A stretch of DNA of 64,000 nt from Vampirovibrio sp. (GCA_050916035.1 CP050876.1:135923-199922); one strand, 5' to 3'; shown: positions 1-10,053, counted from the first letter of the stretch. Notes: a model not told the origin generated them from the letters alone. Made by a program: numbers and translations.

Positions 1-464
1 TTTAAAAAATTCCTATCGTTGGTGTAATATCGAGGCCTAAAATCTTGAGCAGGCTCTTTCGATTTATACATCATTAATAAATCTTCTGGTAAATTTTCAC
101 CGATACTTAAGTAGTCTGCCACTTGTTTCAACATTTCAAATTGCAGATCCGCATAAAAGTCCTCCGTTTTATGGGGGCCTTGCGCGGTTAGGCCGACATC
201 ACATTCAAAGTGCCAAAGCATCTGATAGGCGACATTTAAACTCGATTCGCAGGCGCCAGATTCCAAAACAGGCCAATGGCTCAAGCTGAAATTCAGTAGT
301 CGTTCATCATCCAGACAAGCCGAAATAAGACGTCCTGCCCGTCTTCGGGCTTCTGTCACGGTGGAAAAAACCACGTCGCGTTGCTGACGAATCGGATGGT
401 GCAGGGGGTTACGCTGCGTGGACCAACGAGTCGTTTTGGCGTGATGGGGGGGAGCAAAGGGCAT
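1..464 (-). CDS. Hypothetical protein, runs off the window's left edge
   Basis: Manually translated open frame from ATG at 464 (MPFAPPHHAK...AYQMLWHFECD...YADLQFEMLKQVADYLSIGENLP...) with no stop before position 1; missing from the ORF track. Confidence 0.65.
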   Translation of the reverse strand, partial: MPFAPPHHAKTTRWSTQRNPLHHPIRQQRDVVFSTVTEARRRAGRLISACLDDERLLNFSLSHWPVLESGACESSLNVAYQMLWHFECDVGLTAQGPHKTEDFYADLQFEMLKQVADYLSIGENLPEDLLMMYKSKEPAQDFRPRYYTNDRNFL

Positions 465-688
465 CGGCGTCCCTGACCTCGATTTTATATTTTTTGAATA
501 GGGGATTGTCCTCTCCCTTTTCGATCCGCGACCCTAGGGGGGTACTTGGTGTTCTTTCTGTTGGTTTTTCTCTTAATTCATCCCTTGTATAAATAAGGGT
601 TTTTTTATTCTCGTTTAAAGCAGTACGTTTACTATACAATAAGACCACTTCGTTCAAAAACCTGCAAATGAAGGAGCTTGACTAAAAA

Positions 689-1462
689 ATGTTGGGATTA
701 GTTTCCTCCTCTTTGAAACTATGGATGCCGCGAACGTCTATAGCGGGTGAGGGATCGCGCTTAGGACAGGCCTTAAAACAGTATCCTCTTGATTTATTGG
801 AACAGGGATTTTATGAGCTCATGCCGTTGTCTCCAACCCCTTTTCAGTGTGGCGATGCATCATCGTGGTGTTATTTTAGTTCTCAATGGGCGGTTGTTTT
901 TTGGGCGCATTATTTAGAACGTATTCATGCCATGGAATCGATGACAGGGCTGCGTATCGCCTGTGTGGGTGAAGCGACCGCGGCAGCGGTTTTACAAGTA
1001 TTTCAACGCCCTGCTGATTTTATTCCCCCCCACGCGCAGGATGCCCAGCATTTTGCAGAGGCTTTTCACCAAACCTTTCCCGTCCCTCAGCAAGGAATTT
1101 GGCCTTGTAGTGCTTGGGCCAGACTCACCCTTCAAGATTTATTGACCGCCCAAGGGCATCAGATTCAAGCACTCCCCTGCTATGTGCCTCAGGTACTGGA
1201 ACCTTCTGCTTTCTCGCAGCGGCTGGCAGAAGCCGTTGAATTTACCCCTGATGTCGTGATATTGACGAGCCCTCGTAACGTTGAACATCTCTACCAAGCG
1301 GGTGCCTTTGAACAGATTCGTCCCAAGTTATGGATAGGCTTAGGGCCTTCGACAGGGCAGGCGCTTCAAAAGTGCTTGCCTACCTTACCTTTTGTCGTTT
1401 TGCAGCAACCAACCGCCCCCGCCATTTGGCAGGCTTGTCAAGCGCATTTGAATCTCACTTGA
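689..1462 (+). CDS. hemD: Uroporphyrinogen-III synthase
   Basis: FSSQWAV, ACVGEATA, LTSPRNV and GLGPSTGQAL motifs of the HemD two-domain fold; GAAGGAG RBS. Confidence 0.8.
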   Translation: MLGLVSSSLKLWMPRTSIAGEGSRLGQALKQYPLDLLEQGFYELMPLSPTPFQCGDASSWCYFSSQWAVVFWAHYLERIHAMESMTGLRIACVGEATAAAVLQVFQRPADFIPPHAQDAQHFAEAFHQTFPVPQQGIWPCSAWARLTLQDLLTAQGHQIQALPCYVPQVLEPSAFSQRLAEAVEFTPDVVILTSPRNVEHLYQAGAFEQIRPKLWIGLGPSTGQALQKCLPTLPFVVLQQPTAPAIWQACQAHLNLT

Positions 1463-1651
1463 TACCAATTATATATTCATGGTAAGAAAGTTTGTATGCT
1501 GAGTGGTGTAACGGAAGGCTACATTAGTCTTCGGTCAGCTATGGAGGAATTTGGGACGCCACAGAAGGGGATGAAGCCGCGGTGGTTTTACCTTCGGGGG
1601 CCGTGATCAGTGGATTTAAGGGACCATCTATTTTAACACTTTATCTTGGTC

Positions 1652-1822
1652 TTGAAAACGGCTTTGCCACGCCTGAATATTATTTTGTTTTTTGGAATCT
1701 TTCTGATACTGTGTGGGATACATCTATATGGGCCTAGCTTCTATTGGGAATGGGACAGTCCCCCCATACAAGCTAGGCAAATCGCGCCTATGGGGAATGC
1801 CACGCGAGCCATGTTGAATTAA
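1652..1822 (+). CDS. Possible small membrane protein (56 aa)
   Basis: TTG-started ORF LKTALPRLNIILFFGIFLILCGIHLYGPSFYWEW... with one hydrophobic helix; no clear RBS. Confidence 0.35.
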   Translation: MKTALPRLNIILFFGIFLILCGIHLYGPSFYWEWDSPPIQARQIAPMGNATRAMLN

Positions 1823-2445
1823 GCCGATTTGGCTTTTTTCTTACTGGGGGCAAAAATACTCCAGACAGGGTGTTCTTGCACAGGGGCGCTTGCATCAGGC
1901 TGTAAAGATTCAACATCCTTTAAATCAATACGGTAGACGTCGTCTTGTGGGGTGATGCGATTTAAAATTGACATCCCTTGAATCACATGCGCAAAAATGG
2001 CGTATTTGGCGTCTAAGGCGCTTTGAGGACTCAGCGTAATATAAAATTGACTAGACGCACTATTTAAATTGCTACTTCGGGCCATGGCGACAATCCCTGT
2101 ATCGCAATGTTTAAGGGTGTTGTGAATTTCTAAATCCACGGTGCGAGGCGCCCCCCCTGACCCTGTATTGGTAGGATCCCCTGTTTGAATAACAAAATTA
2201 GGCACCACACGATGCCAACGCATGCCTTTACCATTATAAAAACCTTCTTCAATCAATCGCTTCACATGCGCGGTTGTCTTGGGGGCTTCTTTTTCATAAA
2301 AGGCAATGACAATATTACCTTTGCTGGTTTCAATCACCGCGCCTGATTGATAGGCCTGTGCCACAGAACCCCACAAAGGGATTATCAAGGCCAGTAATAA
2401 TAACACTAAACGGCCGTGACGAAATAAAAATCTATGCTGTGTCAT
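1819..2445 (-). CDS. Cyclophilin-type peptidyl-prolyl cis-trans isomerase with signal peptide
   Basis: ETSKGNI, HRVVPNFVIQTGDP, VAMAR, SASSQFYITL motifs; N-terminal signal ending AQA. Confidence 0.93.
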   Translation of the reverse strand: MTQHRFLFRHGRLVLLLLALIIPLWGSVAQAYQSGAVIETSKGNIVIAFYEKEAPKTTAHVKRLIEEGFYNGKGMRWHRVVPNFVIQTGDPTNTGSGGAPRTVDLEIHNTLKHCDTGIVAMARSSNLNSASSQFYITLSPQSALDAKYAIFAHVIQGMSILNRITPQDDVYRIDLKDVESLQPDASAPVQEHPVWSIFAPSKKKAKSA

Positions 2446-2575
2446 TGATACCCTATCTTTCTGTATTCAAGCATTCAAAAAAGGACGTTCAAAACGGATT
2501 TCAACCTAAAAGGTCGAACTTGGCTTATAATACAAGGGATTCATCAATCATGCAATCCACAGGAATTTAAGTCTT

Positions 2576-3895
2576 ATGCCTCTATTTTCGGATGCCTCCT
2601 TTTCTATAGCGCCCACGGAGATTGTCGCCCTCTGTCAAGCCAATATCCTTACGCCCAACGGACTACTCAAAAATAGTACGCTTCAAATGCAGGGGGGATT
2701 CATTAAGTCAGTGGGTACGGATCTTCCTGTGGAGCATTTGCTGCGAGACGATGATATTCACCGTATTGAATTGAATCAAGATTTTTTAGTCACGCCAGGT
2801 TTAATTGACCTGCAGTTAAATGGGGCCTTTGGGATTGATTTTTCAACAGGACCCCTGCCTCAATTGCAACGCGTTTTGGACAGGCTCCCTGAATATGGGG
2901 TGACAAGCGTTTTGCCTACTTTGGTAACGGCACCAATTATGGAAATGGTCAATGCCAGCAATGCTTTAGAAGAATTACTTCATTTTAACCCACGGAGCCA
3001 AGGGGCCAAAGTGTTGGGGATTCATTTGGAAGGTCCGTTTTTAAATCCTCAAAAATGTGGAACGCATGCCAAATCGTCTATTATTCCGATGGATTTGTCC
3101 TATTTAGAGGCGTTGCTTTCTCCCCATGTGCGTATGGTTACCTACGCCCCTGAATGTGATGAGGGACTTCAAGGCTTGCAATACTTACAGGAACGAGGCA
3201 TTTTGGTCTTTGCAGGGCATACGCAGGCGGATCGTCAATGCTTGCAAAGTGCTATGGCCTTGGGATTAAAAGGTGTGACGCATTTATATAACGCCATGGA
3301 AGGCTTTCAATCACGACAAGTCGGCACAAGTTTACATGTGCTGAATGAACCCGATTTATGGGCCTCTATTATTGCGGATGGCTACCATGTGCATCCCGAT
3401 GTTTTAGAACTCACCTTACGAATTAAGGGTAAAGACCGTTTGATTTTGGTGTCGGATGCCATGCCTTTAGCGGGCTTAACTGAAGACAGTACCGTCATCT
3501 TTGCAGGAACTACGGTGTATAATCAGGCGGGTCGTGCGCTGAATACCGCGGGTCAACTGGCGGGGTCTACCCAGTTGTTGCCTGATATGATTCGTCGTTT
3601 ACTAGCGTGGAACTGGGCGTCTTTAGAAGCTGTTTTTCAATGGGCCACGTCTAACCCCGCTCGCTTATTAGGGATTGATCATGAGCGAGGCGCCTTGGCA
3701 GTGGGTTATCACGCGGATGTCGTTTTATGGCACCAGCCGACGATGAAAATTATGGCCACGTGGGTGGAAGGTCACTTAAGGTGGTGTGATCCCAGTCTAC
3801 TTGCTCCCCTTTCGCCCCCCACTTCCAAGGTTTCTCCTCCAGATTCCTCTCAAGCACCCACAGGGAAGCCTTATCACGCCCAGCTGACTTTATAG
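2576..3895 (+). CDS. nagA: N-acetylglucosamine-6-phosphate deacetylase
   Basis: PGLIDLQLNG, GIHLEGPFL, THLYNAM, IADGYHVHP, LVSDAM, LAGS motifs. Confidence 0.93.
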   Translation: MPLFSDASFSIAPTEIVALCQANILTPNGLLKNSTLQMQGGFIKSVGTDLPVEHLLRDDDIHRIELNQDFLVTPGLIDLQLNGAFGIDFSTGPLPQLQRVLDRLPEYGVTSVLPTLVTAPIMEMVNASNALEELLHFNPRSQGAKVLGIHLEGPFLNPQKCGTHAKSSIIPMDLSYLEALLSPHVRMVTYAPECDEGLQGLQYLQERGILVFAGHTQADRQCLQSAMALGLKGVTHLYNAMEGFQSRQVGTSLHVLNEPDLWASIIADGYHVHPDVLELTLRIKGKDRLILVSDAMPLAGLTEDSTVIFAGTTVYNQAGRALNTAGQLAGSTQLLPDMIRRLLAWNWASLEAVFQWATSNPARLLGIDHERGALAVGYHADVVLWHQPTMKIMATWVEGHLRWCDPSLLAPLSPPTSKVSPPDSSQAPTGKPYHAQLTL

Positions 3896-4200
3896 TGTTT
3901 TTAAGCTAAAAAGTGAAAGGTTCCCTCTTTGCAGTAATAGACGTCAACGCAAAAATCCGAGCGGGTGAGCGAATCCCAGAACGATTTTAAGCTTGTGCCG
4001 TCAGAGACCTTTTCGCGGAAAAAGGTCTCCAACACCTCTAAATCCGTTCAAGGGGGGACGGGGTAGGACGCATTGCGTTTCTCCTCCCCTTCGTCCCCCC
4101 TTGAAAATCCCCCCTCAATCCCCACCTCCTCGCATCATGTCCTTACACGACGTCCGCAAAATGTCTCGGAAGCCTCGCATTTAGTGCGTTGACGTCTGCT
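3893..4200 (-). repeat. Dispersed structured repeat, copy A (composite: core plus inverted end module)
   Basis: Shares GTCAGAGACCTTTT..AAAAGGTCTC..ACCTCTAAATCCGTTCAAGG..CCTTGAAAATCC..GACGTCCGCAAAAT with copies at ~23.1-23.4 kb and ~51.6-51.9 kb; 13-bp inverted repeats at 3939-3951 and 4185-4197. Confidence 0.9.
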
Positions 4201-4266
4201 TTAAAAATACGTCTGCCGTTTGGTAAGGAAGCATAAAACTCTAAAACAGGACGATATAACGTCAGA

Positions 4267-5382
4267 CTATTGGAGAGAGGATGTTTTTTCTCGTTGATGT
4301 AAATACTGTAAAATGGCATGGTTGGCCTTAGGAAAGGGGAGCGCTTCCATTTCTGCTAAAGACGCCCATCGAAAGGCTTGCGCCGCATTGAGTTCCAGTT
4401 GGCGAGGGGGCATGTTTAAATGTACATGAAAGACATGGAGCGTGACTTTAAGATGCGTATAGGCATGATCAATATCTAAGGCGTGCAACCCTACGGACAC
4501 TTCGATATTAAGCTCTTCTTTCAATTCACGTTGAATCGTTGCTTCTATAGATTCTCTAGCTTCTTGCTTGCCCCCAGGGAACTCCCATAAATTGGCCAAT
4601 AATCCTGTTTTGGGGCGTTGTTGAATAAAATAGGCTCCCGCTTCGTTTTGAAGAATGGCGACCCCAATATGCTTATAGGGCACTGCTTTAGGGGCTATTT
4701 TCACAGGCAAGGTTTCCACGCGGCCTTCTTGAAACGCACGGCAATGTTCAGGCAAGGGGCATAATAAACATTTGGGTTGTTTGGGCGTACAAATCACCGC
4801 CCCGAGTTCCATAATCGCTTGATTAAAGGTATAGGGATCTTGACTCGCCTCCAGTAAGCTTTGAATCCAAGTCCATTGTTTTTTTTCGGTGGCGGGTTGA
4901 TTGATCGGTGCCTCATCTCCCAAAAGCCGTGCTAAAATTCGCTTTACATTTCCATCCAACAAGGGGACGCGTTGATGATAGGCAAAACTTAAAATCGCTC
5001 CTGCCGTATAGCGTCCTACACCAGGCAAGGATAAAATGCTTTTCAACTCATGGGGGACCTTACCTTGGAAATCACGCACAACGACTTGGGCGGCTTCATG
5101 CAAGTGACGGCAACGCGAATAATAGCCTAGGCCTTCCCATTGCTTTAAAACGAATTCCGCAGGGGCTTGAGCGAGGGCTTCCACGGTGGGAAAGGTTTCC
5201 ATAAAACGAGAAAAATAAGGCAAGACCGTGACCACTTGGGTTTGTTGTAACATGATTTCGGATACCCAAATGGCGTAGGGATCGCTCGTGTTGCGCCACG
5301 GGAGGTCTCGCGCCTGTGCCAGATACCAAGGTTCTAGCAGGGCAGAAAAATAAGGTTTTAAACGCGCTAAGGATGCGTCCAA
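4267..5382 (-). CDS. mutY: A/G-specific adenine glycosylase with C-terminal Nudix domain
   Basis: WVSEIMLQQTQV, WEGLGYYSR, LPGVGRYTA (HhH), LDGNVKR, Fe-S motif CTPKQPKCLLCPLPEHC. Confidence 0.96.
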   Translation of the reverse strand: MDASLARLKPYFSALLEPWYLAQARDLPWRNTSDPYAIWVSEIMLQQTQVVTVLPYFSRFMETFPTVEALAQAPAEFVLKQWEGLGYYSRCRHLHEAAQVVVRDFQGKVPHELKSILSLPGVGRYTAGAILSFAYHQRVPLLDGNVKRILARLLGDEAPINQPATEKKQWTWIQSLLEASQDPYTFNQAIMELGAVICTPKQPKCLLCPLPEHCRAFQEGRVETLPVKIAPKAVPYKHIGVAILQNEAGAYFIQQRPKTGLLANLWEFPGGKQEARESIEATIQRELKEELNIEVSVGLHALDIDHAYTHLKVTLHVFHVHLNMPPRQLELNAAQAFRWASLAEMEALPFPKANHAILQYLHQREKTSSLQ

Positions 5383-5436
5383 GTAGGGGATCGCCTTTTT
5401 TGGGCCTATTCTTACTGTTTTGTCCGTGACACCCCT

Positions 5437-6771
5437 CTAGGGCGCATCCGTCTTATTAAAGAAGGGCAGAATATTATGCGTAATAATACGGGTTGAACGC
5501 TTTCCTGTTAAGTAGTTCACCAACCAGTTAAAGGTTACTACTGCACGGTTGTCATGCTCAACCAAGAACATGACATGAACAACAAGCCATAAGAACCACG
5601 CCACAAAACCATCAAACTCCAAGCCTTTGACACTGGCCACCGCTTTATTATTTCCGATAATCGCCATACTGCCTTTGTCTTCATAATCAAAATCAGGAAC
5701 GGCCAGTTCGTAAACTTTGGCCTTCAACACTTCCCCCACATAGATACCCCCTTGCGTAGCGGCTGGGGCCACACCAGGAAGGGGATTTCCTGTTTTAACC
5801 CCATGGGTTTGGTGAGCCAAATCACCCACCACATAAATATTGGAATATTTTTCTGTTGAAAAATCAGCGGTGACCATGACACGTCCCATACGGTCTGTTT
5901 CAGAGGCCGTTTTTTCCGCTACAATTTTACCCAAAGGTGATGCGCCAACCCCCGCTCCCCATAATACCGTATGTGTCTCTACGCGACGCTGATTTCCTTC
6001 ACGGTCTTTGAGTACCGCATGTTCGTGGCTCAGTTCGATGACGAGTGTCTTGGGTAATACTTCAATATGCAAGGATTCCAAGGCTTTTTGTGCAGAAACA
6101 GACAAGGCTTCTGAAAAGACGGGCAGGACTCGATCGGAGCCTTCGGCCACGATAATACGAAAATCAGACAATTGCGTGCGTCTAAATTGACCTTCTAAGG
6201 TACGTTGAACCAGTTCCGCGACAGAACCGGCCAATTCAACACCCGTTGGACCGCCGCCTACAATGACAAAAGTCAAATAGGCACGGCGTTTGACTTCGTC
6301 GTCTTCTCGTTCTGCCATTTCAAAGGCTTTTAGGATTTTTTCACGCATGTGTAAGGCATCATCTAAACTTTTGAGCCCTGGAGCAAATTCCGCCCATTCG
6401 TCTTTCCCAAAATAATGATGCAAGCTCCCTGTGGCAATAACGAGACTGTCGTAGTGAAGCTGACCATCGGTTAAGTCAATGCGTTGGGCATCTGCGTCTA
6501 AGCCCACGACTTCGCCCATAAATATTTCCGTATTGCGTTGTTTCCGTAAGACATAGCGAAAGGGAGAAGCGACATCCGAAGGAGATAAGCTCCCCGTGGC
6601 CACTTGGTACAATAACGGTTGAAATAAGTGATGATTGCGACGATCCACTAAAGTCACTTTGATTTTAGGGTCATTTGCCAAAGATTTAACACAGTTAAGG
6701 CCTGCGAATCCTCCGCCAACCACAACGACATGGTGACGAGTATCAAGGGGTGAAGAAGCAGAATGAGTCAT
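5437..6771 (-). CDS. ndh: Type II NADH dehydrogenase (NDH-2)
   Basis: GGGFAG, HLFQPLLYQVATG, GGGPTGVELAG, LPGVAPAATQGG, WLVVHVMFL. Confidence 0.93.
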   Translation of the reverse strand: MTHSASSPLDTRHHVVVVGGGFAGLNCVKSLANDPKIKVTLVDRRNHHLFQPLLYQVATGSLSPSDVASPFRYVLRKQRNTEIFMGEVVGLDADAQRIDLTDGQLHYDSLVIATGSLHHYFGKDEWAEFAPGLKSLDDALHMREKILKAFEMAEREDDEVKRRAYLTFVIVGGGPTGVELAGSVAELVQRTLEGQFRRTQLSDFRIIVAEGSDRVLPVFSEALSVSAQKALESLHIEVLPKTLVIELSHEHAVLKDREGNQRRVETHTVLWGAGVGASPLGKIVAEKTASETDRMGRVMVTADFSTEKYSNIYVVGDLAHQTHGVKTGNPLPGVAPAATQGGIYVGEVLKAKVYELAVPDFDYEDKGSMAIIGNNKAVASVKGLEFDGFVAWFLWLVVHVMFLVEHDNRAVVTFNWLVNYLTGKRSTRIITHNILPFFNKTDAP

Positions 6772-6939
6772 AGCGTTTTAGAAGGCTCCATAAATAGTCG
6801 TATATATATTAGACGTGCGTATCTTTCTAATTGTAACACAAGCGTCTTGAGAAAAAGCGTTGGCAGAGAGGAGTCATTCATTTTGTTTATGCTAAGATGG
6901 GTGTATAATTTTTATTAGCCGCCCCAAGGACCCTTTTAT

Positions 6940-7374
6940 ATGTGGAGAAAACCCTTTAAAAGCCCGAAATTATTGCGCTTTATTAGTATTGGTTTAGTGA
7001 CTACTCTGGTAGATGCGTTGGTCTATCGTTCAACGCTGGGGCATTTGAATATTTTTCTAGCCAAGGGCCTTGCCTTTGGTGCAGGCGTGTTTTTAAATTT
7101 TCTGGTGTCGGCGTTGTGGAATTTTAAAGTGCCTTTTAAGAAAATTACGGGTCACGTTTCAGATTTTTTCAAACTTTATCTGCTTTCAGGTACGCTCAAT
7201 GTTTGTTGTAATGCAGGTTTTTTCCATTTTCTTTTGTGGACGCATTGGGTCCCTAAAAACAAAGCCACCTTAGTGGCATGGTTAGGGGCGACACTCATTA
7301 CAGCGCTGTGCAATTACTTGGGACAAAGCTTGTGGGTATTTAAATCTTCTCCCTCCGTTGCAGTATTGTTTTAA
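6940..7374 (+). CDS. GtrA-family flippase-like membrane protein
   Basis: ~144 aa, four TM helices, RFISIG..TLVD, NFLVSALWNF and NYLGQSLWVF patterns. Confidence 0.85.
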   Translation: MWRKPFKSPKLLRFISIGLVTTLVDALVYRSTLGHLNIFLAKGLAFGAGVFLNFLVSALWNFKVPFKKITGHVSDFFKLYLLSGTLNVCCNAGFFHFLLWTHWVPKNKATLVAWLGATLITALCNYLGQSLWVFKSSPSVAVLF

Positions 7375-7413
7375 ACATTCTAAACGTCTTTCTTTGTGAA
7401 AGGTTTTCTCGTC

Positions 7414-9081
7414 ATGTCGCAGTCTATAGCCAAACCTTCTGACCTTTTCCCCCGTTTGACGCAATGGATTTGGATACTTGCGGGTGCGCTATTGCTACGA
7501 ATCAGTACTTTTGGTATGCCTCCTCTCTTTGATACCACGGAATCTCGCTACGCCAACATGATACAGCATTTTTTTCTAAGACACGATTGGCTCGTGGGGT
7601 ACAGTCCTGATTTTCACGCGGCTTTTTTAGGCAAGCCCCCTTTTAGCTTGTGGATGGGAGGCTTGAGTCTGCTGGGTTTTGGGGCTAATGAATGGGCCTT
7701 GCGCTTCCCGAATTTGATTGCGGCTGTCTTGGTTGTGGTGGCGACTTTTTATTGGGCCAAGCACTTGAGCAAAGACCGTACGACGGCAGGGCTTTCTGTT
7801 TTATTGCTCATGGCGTGCGGATTTTTTAATGTGAGTGCCACCACCATTTCTATGGATATGTGGGTGTGTGCAAGTGTCACGTGGGCTTTGCTGGCTTGTT
7901 TTCATTTACTGGTGAAGCCTTCCGAACGAGAAAATCCCACCCCTCAACGTCGTTGGTATGCTGTTCTGACACTGGCTTTAATCGTGGGCGTCATGAGCAA
8001 AGGCTTGCTTCCTGTGGTCATGACCCTTGGCCCTGTTTTATTATGGATGCTCGTGAGCTCGTCTTGGGAAAAGTTAAAAAACGTGGCGTGGCTTTGGGTG
8101 CTATTGGCGGTGGTTGGCGCCACGCTGCCTTGGTTTTTAGCCGTACAGGCACGTTATCCTGATTTTTTATATTACTTTTTTGTGCAAGAACATTTTCTCC
8201 GCTACCTGAAGCCTGATTATGGGGATCGCTACGGTAATGGTCACTTGCAGCCTTATGGCAGTAGTCTCCTGTTTTTTGTATTGGCGACCCTGCCTTCTAT
8301 TTTACTTCCCGTTTTGCATTTACCTGCTGCTTTAAAATCGTTTCAAGCACAAAATCGTTTGAATTTTTTACCGCAGTTTCTTCGTACACTTCAGCAGAGC
8401 CTTCAGCCTAAAACAATAGACGTTCCTCAACTCTTTTTAATCATGAGCATGATTTTTGCCCCTTTCTTCTTTATGGTGGCCAAATCACTTTTAATCACGT
8501 ATATTATTACAGCGATTCCTCCCGCCTGTATTGTATTGGCTCGTTTGCTTCAAAAACGCTTGCCCCAGCATGCCCTTAAAATTGGGTTTGTTCTAGCAAG
8601 CACCGTAACACTGGGGATTGCCCTTTGGTTTGGCGCGTGGTCTTTAGGGAGCCAGCGCTTGCAAAGTTCCGAACTGGGTCGTCTTATTTTCCCTGATTAC
8701 CGTAGTATGCGTCGTGCCGTTCACACCCTTCAGCAAGAAAATCCAGACGTACTGTCTTTGCCTGTCTATGGCTGGTGTACGGATGCCCCTTTTTCTTGGC
8801 TGTTTTATCTTCAAAACACAGAAACGGAAAAAGCGCGGGTGTCTCTTTTAAAAGGGGTCCCTTATCGAGCCTCTTCTGTGGCGAGACAAGAACCCTTTAG
8901 GGTAGAATCCATTGAAGCCTTGGCACAGATTAAAACGCCTTTTCTTCTGGTCGTACGGCCACGTAATACTGAAAAAACAGCCTTGTTGACGTCCAAATGG
9001 CCCCCTGTCTTTCAGCGACAACTCCTTTCAGAAAATCAAAAAGGTGTTACACTTTACGAAGTCACAACAAAGTTACCATAA
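7414..9081 (+). CDS. ArnT/PMT-like (GT83/GT39) polyprenyl-phosphate-sugar-dependent glycosyltransferase
   Basis: DTTESRYA, FLGKPP, EWALRFP, MSKG, LPWF..FFVQEHFLRY; multiple TMs; alternative GTG start at 7396. Confidence 0.88.
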   Translation: MSQSIAKPSDLFPRLTQWIWILAGALLLRISTFGMPPLFDTTESRYANMIQHFFLRHDWLVGYSPDFHAAFLGKPPFSLWMGGLSLLGFGANEWALRFPNLIAAVLVVVATFYWAKHLSKDRTTAGLSVLLLMACGFFNVSATTISMDMWVCASVTWALLACFHLLVKPSERENPTPQRRWYAVLTLALIVGVMSKGLLPVVMTLGPVLLWMLVSSSWEKLKNVAWLWVLLAVVGATLPWFLAVQARYPDFLYYFFVQEHFLRYLKPDYGDRYGNGHLQPYGSSLLFFVLATLPSILLPVLHLPAALKSFQAQNRLNFLPQFLRTLQQSLQPKTIDVPQLFLIMSMIFAPFFFMVAKSLLITYIITAIPPACIVLARLLQKRLPQHALKIGFVLASTVTLGIALWFGAWSLGSQRLQSSELGRLIFPDYRSMRRAVHTLQQENPDVLSLPVYGWCTDAPFSWLFYLQNTETEKARVSLLKGVPYRASSVARQEPFRVESIEALAQIKTPFLLVVRPRNTEKTALLTSKWPPVFQRQLLSENQKGVTLYEVTTKLP

Positions 9082-9115
9082 AGTCACGCCCAAATTATTA
9101 ATCAGGTTAGACGCT

Positions 9116-9958
9116 ATGCCTTTTTCTTCCCTTTCTTCGCCTTCTACCCCTTTTGTTTTGGATCCTTTTGTGGAAGCCCTTTCCTCTGCTCCTGAAAAGA
9201 TGGAGATTTCGGTGCAGTCGTCTCTCACGTCTACTCTTTTATTGTCTATTATTATTCCTGCCTATAATGAAGAAGAACGCCTGCCTGAAACCTTGGCGCA
9301 CGTGGTGGAGTATTTGAATCAACAGCCCTATCGCGCTGAAATCATTGTGGTGAGTGATGGCAGTACCGATACGACGGTGGCACTGGTCAAGAAATGGCAA
9401 ATCAAGGTGCCGTATTTGATATTGGTTGACGTTCCCGAGAATCAAGGCAAAGGGTTTTGTCTTAAAGAAGGGTTTACGGTGGCGAAAGGGGCTTATGCGT
9501 TGATGTATGATGCGGATAAAGCGGTTCCTATTGACACCTTGGATCAATGGCTCACGCCGACGCTTCTTTTATCCGACTCATTGATTGTGATTGGCTCTCG
9601 CAACATCAAAACGGAAGGGGTCGTGCGACGCTTTAATCCGTTTCGTCGTTTGGCTAGTGTCGTCTTTCAAAAATTGACTCGGCTTGTGGCGGCGGATATT
9701 GAGGATACTCAATGTGGTTTTAAGCTTTTTCCCCAACGGGCGTATCATTTATTTGTAGACTTACAGCAAGAAAAGGGCTTTGCCGCTGATTTGGAGTATT
9801 TGACCATTGCCTATGCTCATGACTTTCATGTGGAAGAGCGTGGGGTGTCTTGGACCAATATGGCGGGTTCTAAGGTGCGTGTTCTACAAGATTCATGGCG
9901 TTTATTTTGCGCTGTTTTTCGTATTAAGTACGCCCACTGGCAAGGGTACTATCGATAA
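9116..9958 (+). CDS. GT2 polyprenyl-phosphate glycosyltransferase (ALG5/DPM-like)
   Basis: SIIIPAYNEEERL, DGSTD, NQGKG, YDAD, DTQCGFKLF. Confidence 0.9.
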   Translation: MPFSSLSSPSTPFVLDPFVEALSSAPEKMEISVQSSLTSTLLLSIIIPAYNEEERLPETLAHVVEYLNQQPYRAEIIVVSDGSTDTTVALVKKWQIKVPYLILVDVPENQGKGFCLKEGFTVAKGAYALMYDADKAVPIDTLDQWLTPTLLLSDSLIVIGSRNIKTEGVVRRFNPFRRLASVVFQKLTRLVAADIEDTQCGFKLFPQRAYHLFVDLQQEKGFAADLEYLTIAYAHDFHVEERGVSWTNMAGSKVRVLQDSWRLFCAVFRIKYAHWQGYYR

Positions 9959-10053
9959 AATTCTCAATCAATACCCTTGTTCAGTTGGTCTATTGTGGTC
10001 TGGCTAAGACGATTCAACACGTTTTTGACGACCTTAAACGTTAGGAGATGAAC

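Noticed and set aside
409-657. 82-aa minus-strand ORF
   Set aside because: It covers the AT-rich divergent promoter region and overlaps the better ORF starting at 464 in another frame.
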